Origin: Dysidea avara
Lineage: Eukaryota
NCBI RefSeq assembly: GCF_963678975.1
Contig: NC_089285.1
Span: 12,151,725 to 12,215,724, forward strand
Length of the DNA: 64,000 nt
Reading direction: 5' to 3'
Numbering within the stretch: the stretch's first letter is position 1; each line of letters begins with the position of its first letter. Below the pieces are notes generated by a model. The model was not told the origin of the DNA, did not search any database, and worked only from the letters and a program-made list of their open reading frames with translations. Below are positions 16,701 to 35,560 of the stretch, in pieces. Made by a program: the position numbers and the translations under genes.

Positions 16701-19338
16701 TTTTCACCTGTTATGTGAGACATGGATAGTTGGCATTTGCTTCCCCAGTATAACACCAGGTACCCATTGATGTTACAGCTAGGTGGGCCACTTCACCAGG
16801 TCACCAGGTCTCCACTAAGCAGCTGGGTAGACTGGAGCAAAGTGGGTGAAGTTTCTTGCTCAAGGAAACAACAATAGCAACTGGACATCAAACCTGGAAC
16901 CTTTTGAATACCAGGCCAATAGTCTAGCCTCTTGGTTTATATGCTGCCTCAAACACACACAGAGACACAAAACACACAGATACACACAGATACACACAAT
17001 GTACACACCTGGGAGCTATTAGCATTATGGCCATCACTTGCCCAGTACCAAAAGAACTGCTGATCTAATCTCACCTTCACCTCAGACAACTTATTAATAA
17101 CTTGTGCCAGATGGCCACTACTGCCATTGATCATCACTTCATACATCTGAAGGGTAAGTACTCTACATACACATCATCACAATCACCATGTCACAATATT
17201 ACCGTATTCTGGACTACTGTATCACTAGTAATAGGCGTGGGCTCTGAGAACACACATTGAACAGTAGAGCTTGTGTCTACAATAATATAATCTTAGTAAT
17301 GGGACAAATAAGTTAACATTACTCACCGCTAGGCCTCACAAAGTATGTATTGTACCCCAGTGGTGGAACAGTAGCAATGAACACTACTGTGTACTGAGCT
17401 TTACCACGATCACCTCTGACATGCATTGTTGATTTAGGAACAGGCAGCACCTGGTATATAGGAGTGTTAATGTGTGTCTTATATGAATTAGTGTCTTACT
17501 TGACAAGTAATATTCTTTGTAGAGTCCTGGACAGTCACGTTAGGGCTGGATATGGGTACCCTCACAACAACCTTATCATCTGTGTATCCCCTGGGATTGT
17601 ACACTATGATATCAAACTAAACATGTTATGTGCTAATATTGCTATCTCTGAAGTACACAGCACACCTGTTCATTGCTATCTGTACTAGCTGGGCACACAC
17701 TGACATTAAGATATTCGCAAGTCTCTAGTGATAGAGTTGATGATCCATTGTACCTCTTAATCATATCACTGATAGTTTGGGAGATAACACCCTAAAGATT
17801 GTGATGGTATAATGATGAGTGTCGTACATTGTTACTCACCTCACACTCCACTTGGCCAATGTGTAGTCTCTTAGCATAGTCATTAGCAACATGTTGCTTT
17901 TCTGTGCCACTGTGTGGTATATGTACAACATATACTAGTGGTTATAGCATATACATGCCAAAACGCTGAGCCAATTAAGTTAGACTGATTAATGTATTAA
18001 GGTTTTGAAGCTGTAGTGAGAGATGAAAGGATTTATCATCAGAAAAAAAGTAAATGCAAAATAATACAAAGTATAACACTACAATCACTAAAATTTAGCA
18101 AGTTAGAGAGAAAAATTGGGCTGTCTTAAAGGCAAGGGCACTACTGAATTACACAGCATACATACACATACATAAAATTTGTAGTAATGACAATACCTCA
18201 CTGCATCATGGTGCTGAGCCACTGCCATTGCTTTAGCTATATAATAAAAGTATAAGTGATTAGATGTATGTCAGGCAATAGGCTATAGCCACTGAAACAC
18301 TAAACAACATTTGTACAACATACAACAGTACAACAAGGATAGGCCTCCTCTACTAACCTAGCCTATCACATGATGGATTGTTGTCATAGAAACCTCCATG
18401 CATAGCCTCTATCTGCTTACCAACCTGTAGACGAATAATACAAAATGATTATACACAGACAGTCTATATAATAAACTGTACACCCCTGTACAATATATTC
18501 CTTGTAGAATTCTCCATATATACTGTATGTAGAATTACCTGTAACAGAGCATTGTTATACCGGACATATCCCTTGAGGGCAGGTCTACTGGTGAAGTATC
18601 CAGTCCAGTATGACCAGGGTGCTGATCCATAGGGGAAGAAGTCATCTAACTTCACTGACCATGTTAGGTTGGCCTTGTATACGGCATCAATGTATCGTGA
18701 TGGTGTAGAGTAGAACACATTAACTGAGTCATTCTGTAGAGATCATGTCATTCTGTTAACAAGCGTCTGATATTCACAATTCCCTAATATGTGTGGTTTC
18801 ACAAAAGAGTTAGTGTACAGTGTAGTTCATACTCATGTGCACTACATATGCAACAATCAAATTCCAAGTCTTTGCTGAGTATCAACAGACAACACATAAA
18901 CAGCAAACAAGGGGGTTCACTGAAACAAATAACAGCAAATTTAGCTCACCAAACCTCATATCACATACACAAAATTTTACATAACAATTAAGGATTTGGT
19001 AACTATGTAATATGATACAATAAGTGATATCTTATATACATACACAACATACAGTGTGTATACCTTATTAACATGGTGTATCAACTTGTCAAGGTTCTTA
19101 AACCACATGTTGGCATTTTCATACTGGAAGTCTGACCCCATTGTTAACATGATATTGTTGGTACGATAATACTGTGCCTGTATCAGTGATGACAATAGTA
19201 GCATGTTGTATAAGTGTCGTTGTCCTACCTGATCTAAACACACTTTGATAAAGTCATTAACCCTTTCTTCAACGTTATAATCAAACAAATCTTTGTCATC
19301 CTACACAAAAAGAGGCATGGTACACAGTAATATCGTAT

Positions 19339-19418
<80 letters not shown>

Positions 19419-21392
19419 CCTGTATTGGTGGGTCAGAACATTTCTGATCAAAACAAAACCCATCTGGTGGGGTATAATGGTGGTAGAGTACTCCAGTGAA
19501 GATTTGTGTGTCCTCATTAAGACTAGAGCTACCTCTCCATACCATTTCCATTGTCTTCTTGTCCAGACGAGTGTTTTTGTCACCATAATCAAGTCGCGCA
19601 AAAAACAGTCCATCAAATCCCATCTTGGTATAAACCAACAATATTAAAACAAACACAATAACTAATACAAGTTACCATAGCAAACAGAGAGGCCTGCTCT
19701 GATGAATGTCCAAACGTATCTATCTGCCATGCAACACGAGGACGATATTGAGCTCCAAATGTGTCAGTAATAAACCTCAATCCTGTCTCAATCTTGTCAT
19801 AACAAGACAACCATGCCAATTATACCTTCAGTCATTTGATCAATTATGGCATTGTAGTGAGTGGCTCCTTCATCATTCATACACCATCCACCATTAGTGA
19901 ACTCCAACTGACCATTCTCAACCAACTGCTTCACCTAGTAGCATGTACAACATCAACAAGAAACGTAACGTTACTAATAAAAACATATTCAGGGATGGAA
20001 TTGAAATGTATGTTCAAGTACATGTATACAGATGGGACTATGAACAAGTGTCCTGATTATCAAGGTGCCCTAAGTTACATTACACTAACACAGATAGGTG
20101 GTCTTGTTATAGTGAGGTTTCACTATGTCAAGTGGTAATTAACTCACCAGGGATTTAGTATCGTTGTTTTGCTCTTTCCACCATCTTGTAAAGAAAGCCA
20201 TTTCAACATAAATGAAAGTTCGTTCAGTATTCTTGGTAAGCTCCTTGACCACAGTATCTAGTATATACTGGACACCAGCATCTTGTATGGTGTTGTTGGC
20301 TGTAGAGAGAAAAACAAGACAAGGACTAATTTTAACGTCCCACGTGTGTTGTCTACCACACTACACAGTGGTTTGGTCCAACAGTGGGGGAGAATACTGT
20401 ATATCATCCAGTGGATGGCTTCAATGGTCAATAGTTTTAGGTTGCAGTCCATAACATTGTGTTCATATAACAAACATCAACAAGATGATATGATGGTATG
20501 TTGTACCATAGGTACCTAATAGATGTCTCATACCAGTTTGTCAGTGCCCACCCATTTGTATAGGGTCTGGAGTCAGTGTCACATGTCATGACGTCACAAT
20601 AATGGTAACAAGAATGGCAAGTCCGACAACCATACAAAGTAAAGTAAGTAGTATATTTACAAACGGCTACTAACATATTCAAATTCCATCTTTAGTTCTT
20701 TTAAACAGCCTTGGTCATATCACATCTTCACAAAACTTTGCGACAAACTCTTGACACATTAAGTAATTCTATGGTATCTATGGTAACTCTAACACAACCG
20801 TCACAAAAATTTTGTAATTACCAACAACGCAATCTGATTGGTGTTACTTGTTTCCTGTAACACACTACAAATCTTGAATGCTAGAGTGACCAGACCTTAT
20901 GCAAAGGGGCAAGCACTAGTCTTGAGCCCCGTATATAGATATGTGGTTGCCAGACTACGTTTTTTCTGTGTTGGGCAAAAAAACGGTCTGGCTACACAAG
21001 ACTAGTTGTACCACACACTGTGTTGTACAATGATTACTACCTGTGGTTGTACTACACCACACTACACACGTATTGCAAGTGTGCTGCATTGATACAACTT
21101 GAGATGGTCTAGCTATTTATCCAGTAAGACCAGAGATCCTGCAAGGCATGCCACTACATATTTACTGGGAAGCTAGCACCATAAACTATAATACAAAGTG
21201 TGCAGCTGCTGTACAAATTAGTTGTTGCCACACCCATGAATTACCTCCATAGTAATATTGGTCCACAGTCTTTAACCACCCCACATCGTCATGAGTGTGA
21301 GGGATTAAGTGTACGTTCAGCCTCTCACACTGGACCAAGGAGAACAACCCTAACACCAAACACACTCGAGATAACACCATAGCGACCTTCAA
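13742..21392 (-). CDS. MAN2B1: lysosomal alpha-mannosidase (GH38), about 20 exons
   Basis: First exon at 21186-21392 encodes a signal peptide ([22 protein letters not shown]) and [25 protein letters not shown]. Further matches include [35 protein letters not shown] (about 19613-19760), [16 protein letters not shown]... (about 19420-19656), [36 protein letters not shown] (about 18980-19190), [50 protein letters not shown] (about 18500-18718) and [23 protein letters not shown] (about 15060-15349). The terminal exon lies at about 13742-13858 (acceptor ttgttgcag; ...[22 protein letters not shown] stop) and matches the human C-terminus ITLEPMEIRTFLASVQW. Confidence 0.85.
19343..19414. repeat. (CA)n on plus strand, (GT)n on the transcribed minus strand, about 36 units, starting 8 nt inside a MAN2B1 intron directly after the 5' splice site CAG|GTTTTTGTGTG
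   Basis: Read directly. The preceding exon ends ...[10 protein letters not shown]. Confidence 0.9.
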
Positions 21393-21613
21393 CCCAAAAA
21401 TCCCCAGTCGTACGGTGAGCGCCTGTGCGTTAACCTAAATTTTAAGTTTAATTTCTCACGCGACACATGTTGTCACATTAGATAATAGACACCCCCACAT
21501 CTATATGCTCTAACAAGGATGATTATGATTATACAGATAGAAAATGGTACAGAGTGCAATATAAATTAAGTGGATGAATTGCAGTTATGAGATATGATAA
21601 TGTATACATGATA

Positions 21614-29932
<8,319 letters not shown>

Positions 29933-30429
29933 CTAGCTACAGTTTGTAATAACTGTTGATTAGTAACTAATTTGAATGATAAAATTTTCAATCACACATT
30001 TGTGTTGATTGTATTACTCTGACCTGTGGAGCTTAGTCAGCACTCATTGCTGTACCACTGGGGGCAGCAGGGGGGCAGGACAAGACCACATGTATTAACC
30101 ATCATACTACCTCTTGAAAATTAACCTATCACACAACAATGCTTGCATTGTAACCATTAATGATGATCACCGTTACCGTTAGCATGAAATTTGTGACTGT
30201 CACACATCTTCATCATTACAAGTCTAATTGCTCCATAACAACAACATTTTTTCCAATTACTACTGCAAACAACCAAGTAGAACAGAAATATGTATCAAAC
30301 CTTGTAGTGCCCCTTCCTCTGCTTTTAGTACAGTGACTACAGTGAAACCTGTGTATTAAAGGCACCTTGGGACCAACCAAAAGTGTCCTGATTATCAAGA
30401 TGTCCTGATTTTCCAGGTCAGTATACATG

Positions 30430-33400
30430 TGTTAGGATTTTCCTTTATTTAGAACATTTTTTTGATGCAATTAATTATTAAGTTTTTTTGTAATTACATA
30501 GCTACATCACGTGATTGTATTATTCCGTTGTTAATAATGGTGAGAACGTTGTCACCTTGATCAGCTATTTGCTCGAACAACTCATGACATCTATCGCCCA
30601 ACATGGGGCACGAGAGAAGGACCAAAGTAGCTGGGGAATGTTGCTGATCAAGGCCTGTTGAAGTGACGCATGTACCAGATCGACTGATCCAGGACCTCCA
30701 GCTAGCTAGTGTTGTATTTTTTTGCTGCCAAACCTTCAGGACAGCCTTTGCTCTGCCTTTTCATAGAAAGAGAGTCACCCTGTTATTCCTGATCATTTTA
30801 CTGTATGTCTAAACCACTTGAGGCTCCTTCACCTGCATTTAGTGAACAATCCTGAGCTTTTACAAGAGCATGACAGCATACTGAAGGGCAGATAAAACAA
30901 GGTGTAATCGAAATTGTTCCAGAATCTAACACTCCTGTGGCTACAACCGTCCACACCATGGCGTCCTACATCAAGATAAACAAACTACAAAGCTGCCAAT
31001 CATTTATGATGACTCTGCCAAGACAAGAACCAACTCTGCTTCCCTCAATGGTTGTCACAAGGTAGGTCTAAACTTGATCCCAAACTCTTTGATGTTTTGA
31101 TTAGGTTTCGTTGGCATTTGAAGCAGATATTGAAAAAGCCTTTCTAATGATTTCTATTTCTCCTGAAGACAGAGATGTGATGTGACTGTTGTGGCTAAAG
31201 GACCCTGCTAATGATGCCAGTGAAATACTGGGGTTGAGATTCACTCGCTTAGTTTTTGGACTCAGGCCATCACCAGCAATTTTGGGATCAGTGATATCGC
31301 AACATTTAGACAAATACCAATCTCAACATGTCGATGATTTAGGTCTAGGTTGAGAATAATTCTAGTTCACCACAGCTGGAACCACAAGTCTCCTCTAACT
31401 CTAAATTTGTTGTAATTGATAGCACTGGCCAATCCTAACTCTTGGGGATTGTTTGGGACAGCAACCTTGACACATTCACTTTCAGCCCGTCAGAGTTGGT
31501 GGAACAAGCTATCAAACTCCCTGCCAGTCAGAGGTCACTACAGCGAGTCACTGCCAGTATATTCAATCCCTTGGGAATACTCAGCCCCTTTGTAATCAAA
31601 TTGAAGATGCTTTTTCAATTTATGTGTTGTGAAGGTTTAGAAATGGGACCAGCCATTAGAAGGGGAATGCTGAAAACATTGGAATGTACTGATTGCAGAA
31701 TTGAAAACTCTCAACGAAGTTTAATTACCAAGATGTTACTTCAAGATAGATGTATGCCAGATATCTAGTGAACTTCACGGATTCAGTGACGCATCAGAAG
31801 ATGTTTATGCTGCAATTCTATATTTACGTACTGTTTATGATGATGGAAGTGTATCTGTTTGCTTAGTTACCTCCAAAACAGGAGTGTCTCCTGTTAAGAA
31901 ACAAACCATTCCCCGCCTTGAACTACTAGAGCCCTGATATTGAGTCATCTTGCAGACAGTCATGAAACAATTTCCAGTGAAGCTCCCTACCACTTACTGG
32001 GTGGAATCTACTGCCACTTTGTGTTGGATTAAGAGCAACCGTCCTTGGAAGCAGTATGTATCCAGGCGGATGAATGAAATCTGATCACTGTCTGCAGGTT
32101 TTCAGTGGAAATATTGTCCTGGAACAGCCAATCCAGCAGATTTTCCCTCATGTGGATGCAAGTGAATTAGTGAATTGTGCTACTTGTTGGGAAGGACCTT
32201 CGTTTTTGAGATTAAACCAGGATGAGTGGCCTACTCTTCATGATCCACCATTTGATGATGTGATGAATTCAGAGTTATCGAAGACTCCAAAACATCAGCT
32301 GTTAGTGATGTCTTCTCACCGTCGAGTTATGCATGGGGGAGTCAATGTAACCCTTACAGCAGTGCGTGAAAAATATTGGATATTGAGAGGAAAACAAGTT
32401 GTTAAGGCAACAATACGTTTCAGTGTTGTTTGTAAGAAGCAAGAAGGTCCAGCTTATAGCACTGAGCCATCACCTGACCTCCCTGATTTTCGAGTATCTG
32501 ATGATCCCCCTTTGCCCACACCGGTCTGGATTTTGCTGATCCATTATATGTCAGAAGTGGAAAGGGTGCAGCCAAGTTAAGTAAAATGTATGTGTGTCTT
32601 TTTACTTGTGCGTCTACTCATGCAGTACACCTTGAGTTGCCTTGGCAATGAATGTAGACAATTTTTTGTTGGCGTTTAGACCATTTGTTGGCAGCCTTGG
32701 TCTTCCAATAACTCTGACATCAGACAATGCAAAGACGTTTAGATGTTCCTGAAAGGAAATACAGATGATATGTTGATCCTCAGAAGTCCAGCAATATTTG
32801 ACCAATCAGAGAATCACATGGAAATTCATTGTTGCTAGAGCTCCATAGTGGGGAGGCTTTTGGGAGCACGTGGTGCAGACAGTTAAGCGCTCCTTGAGGA
32901 AAGCTATTGGTCGGGCTACCTTGCAGTTTGATGAGTTAAACACCTTACTTATAGAAGTTGAATCAACAGTCAATTGTCGGCCATTAACATTTGTGTATGA
33001 TGATACTGAGGGAGTAAGCTACCCACTGACTCCATCACACTTAATCAATGGTTGTCATTTGACGTCTTCTCCCAGTTCCAGTCATTTTGAAATCATCAGC
33101 ACAAACAAATCACTTACTAGGAGGGCCAAGAACCAACGTCACATTTTTGAAGCACTGGAAAAGAGACTATCTATTGAGTTTGCGTGAACATCGTAAAGTC
33201 AAGCTGAAGAGGACTGGGCCTACAATTAAGGTTGGAGATGTGGTCATTGTGAAGGATGACAATGTGAAACAATTATTTTGGAAATTGACCATGATAGTAG
33301 AATTACTGAAGGGCAAGGATGGAATCACCAGAGCTACTCTCATTAATGTGTCTTGTGGAAATGGACCCCCCAAGATTCTGAGAAGAAGCACAAGTCACTT

Positions 33401-33726
33401 AATTCCAATTGAAGTCAAAGTTAGTCAATGTCAGCCCCTGAGTCTGAGTCAAGGAATGATGAAGTAGAGCCAATCCAAATTCATCCTCATAGACATGCAG
33501 CAGTTTTGGGAGGCTATTTGAAGAGTTTGGACTGAACGTTTAGTGTCATATTGTAGTGTTTGCTCCCCTTGTGATCAAACAAGGGAGAGTGTTAGGATTT
33601 TCCTTTATTTGAAACATTTTTTGATGTAATTATTAGGTTTTTTGTACGTGATTGTATTGTTCTGTTGTTAATAATGGCGAGAACATTGTCACCTTGATTA
33701 GCTTTTCGCTTGAACAATTCATGACA
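30430..33726 (+). mobile_element. BEL/Pao-family LTR retrotransposon, internally deleted (no gag or protease), with pol pseudo-ORFs broken by frameshifts and stops; 5' LTR at 30430-30590, 3' LTR at 33590-33726, TSD ACATG
   Basis: Both LTRs begin TGTTAGGATTTTCCTTTATTT and end ...CATGACA. Flanking ACATG sits at 30425-30429 and 33727-33731. Internal plus-strand translations: reverse transcriptase (AFEADIEKAFLMISISPEDRDVM.LLWL...RFTRLVFGLRPSPAILG), the BEL-type RNase H region (LGIVWDSNLDTFTF..., SSELHGFSDASEDVYAAILYLRTVYDDGSVSVCLVTSKTGVSPVKKQTIPRLEL) and integrase (HGGVNVTLTAVREKYWILRGKQVVK...; YVCLFTCASTHAVHLEL; SDNAKTF; C-terminal ...GDVVIVKDDNVKQLFWKLTMIVELLKGKDGITRATLI). Confidence 0.8.
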
Positions 33727-34301
33727 ACATGGTAAGGGATACTTTGGGACCATTACCAAGTGTCCAGATTATGGAGTTGTCAAATGTCCTGATTAACAGG
33801 TTTCACTGTATTCAGCTCACATGAAATATATTAACTAGTTGTGCAATTTATTGAGTGCACAAGGGCTTGTCACAACTCCCTGACAGGGCAGTGAGCTAGC
33901 TAAACCAATTAGTTTTCATGTAATGAATGTATGTTCCAGCCTTATATGTAAGTTTTCCATATTGCATAGTAACATCTGTAACACAATGTATTTATTTATT
34001 TATTAATGCTTTACAGATCAAATAACACAAGTACAGAACATTATCAACTGGCTAGTGTGTGGTTAGCTCAGCCTCTCTGCTTGGTTAGTAAGGTACCACA
34101 TATCTATGTACTTGATTAGTGACCCCAGTAAAATTAACAACAGTCAAGGGCACAGTTCAAAATGTGTGACAGTAGTTGCAAATTTGTGTCTCTCTACCCT
34201 CCCTAGATTTGTTATAAAATAACTCCCTTGTAACCAAAATTATGTACAATGCAATACTGAATCTGATATTACTGTACATTAATAAGACAAAGTGTGCTTA
34301 C

Positions 34302-34362
34302 TTGGAAAGTAGACTGATAAAGGTAAAGCCTGAGGTTCTTCTTCTTCTTCCCAGTCACTCAT
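34302..34362 (-). CDS. DDX43: candidate first coding exon of the DDX43-like gene (MSDWEEEEEPQALPLSVYFP, then donor GTAAGC)
   Basis: The exon is 61 nt (20 codons plus 1 nt). This gives exactly the phase-1 junction needed by the acceptor tgtatacag|GT at 29893: the shared codon is A+GT = Ser. The exon lies head-to-head with SIRT4, 163 bp away. It would place the BEL/Pao element inside intron 1. I see no alternative ATG-containing exon between 29934 and 30429. Confidence 0.4.
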
Positions 34363-34467
34363 TGCGTGTACACACCGTTTCCTTCACTGTTCACAATCTA
34401 AATCACTGAATTATGATTCGAACTGTGCTGCATGTGTTCACACTCGTTGGCGCGGTACTTTTTTATT

Positions 34468-34502
34468 TAACGCGCGCAATTGTATTAACTTTGCGCGTTA
34501 AA
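34468..34502. promoter_or_regulatory. palindromic element TTAACGCGCGCAA-N10-TTGCGCGTTAA in the 163-bp interval between the divergent DDX43 exon 1 candidate and the SIRT4 start
   Basis: Inverted repeat with 11-13 bp arms read directly. It is the only CG-rich motif in an AT-rich interval and sits 24 bp upstream of the SIRT4 ATG. Confidence 0.35.
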
Positions 34503-34525
34503 TTAGGATAGCGCTTACATCCGGC

Positions 34526-35428
34526 ATGGCAACTTTGACATCCAACCTCGCATCCAGCTTTAAGTACGTGCCTAAACACAAAGAAATTAGTGAGAAGGAA
34601 ATAAGGAGATTGAAAGAGTTTATTGCAAAATCTTCTAGACTATTCGTATTGACAGGGGCCGGCGTGTCAACCGAATCTGGCATAAAGGACTACCGGTCAC
34701 AAGGGGTAGGCCTGTACCACACATCTCAACACAGACCAATGCAGCACAGTGAGTTCATTAAGAGTGAAGCTGCTCGCCAGCGATACTGGGCCAGGAATGC
34801 TGTTGGGTGGCCCATCTTCAGAGAATTTCAACCCAACATAATCCACAGTTACTTAGCAACCCTTGAGAACCAAGGAACATTACATTGGCTGGCCACTCAG
34901 AACGTAGACAACTTACACTACAAGGCTGGCTCTAGGAAAGTCACTGAACTACATGGTACAGTGTATGCTGTTGTATGCTTGAACTGTCATGCTGTCATCT
35001 CGAGGGATGCTATGCAGGAGAAGATCAGTGCTAGTAACCAGGGATGGACAGCAGCAATGTTGGAGGAAGCACCAGATGCTGATGTGGTCATTTCTGAAGA
35101 TGCTGTTAAAAGTTTTGTAACTCCTTCCTGTGATAATTGTGGTGGTATTCTTAAACCAAATGTAGTGTTCTTTGGAGGTTCAGTCAATAAGAGAATCGTG
35201 GACCTGATCAATAGTCAGATTAGTGTAGCAGATGCTTTAATTGTATTAGGGACTTCAGTGCAAACCTACTCAGCTTTGAGACATGTGAAATATGCCAACA
35301 TGATGAGCATACCTATTGGGATTGTAAATATTGGACCAACTCGTGTAGACAGCCTTGCTAACTTCAAGATATCTAGTCGTTGTGGTTATGTGTTTGGAAA
35401 GATTCTCAGCCCTGGAGCTTGTGTTTGA
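34526..35428 (+). CDS. SIRT4: NAD-dependent protein deacylase sirtuin-4, single uninterrupted 300-codon ORF (intronless)
   Basis: The translation matches human SIRT4 throughout: LFVLTGAGVSTESGIKDYRS, QRYWARNAVGWP, LATQNVDNLHYKAGSRKVTELHG, Zn-binding cysteines CLNC...CDNCGG, KPNVVFFGGSV, VNIGPTRVD...KISSRCG. Confidence 0.9.
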   Translation: MATLTSNLASSFKYVPKHKEISEKEIRRLKEFIAKSSRLFVLTGAGVSTESGIKDYRSQGVGLYHTSQHRPMQHSEFIKSEAARQRYWARNAVGWPIFREFQPNIIHSYLATLENQGTLHWLATQNVDNLHYKAGSRKVTELHGTVYAVVCLNCHAVISRDAMQEKISASNQGWTAAMLEEAPDADVVISEDAVKSFVTPSCDNCGGILKPNVVFFGGSVNKRIVDLINSQISVADALIVLGTSVQTYSALRHVKYANMMSIPIGIVNIGPTRVDSLANFKISSRCGYVFGKILSPGACV

Positions 35429-35560
35429 AAGGTGGTGATTGTACCATCAAGGCGAGGTATATAGTACTTCTATATTAATCACGTGCCTTTGTAATTACCA
35501 AAAGGTCATTATATATATATATATATATTTTTATATAAGCTTTCAGACGAGGCGTATTAA

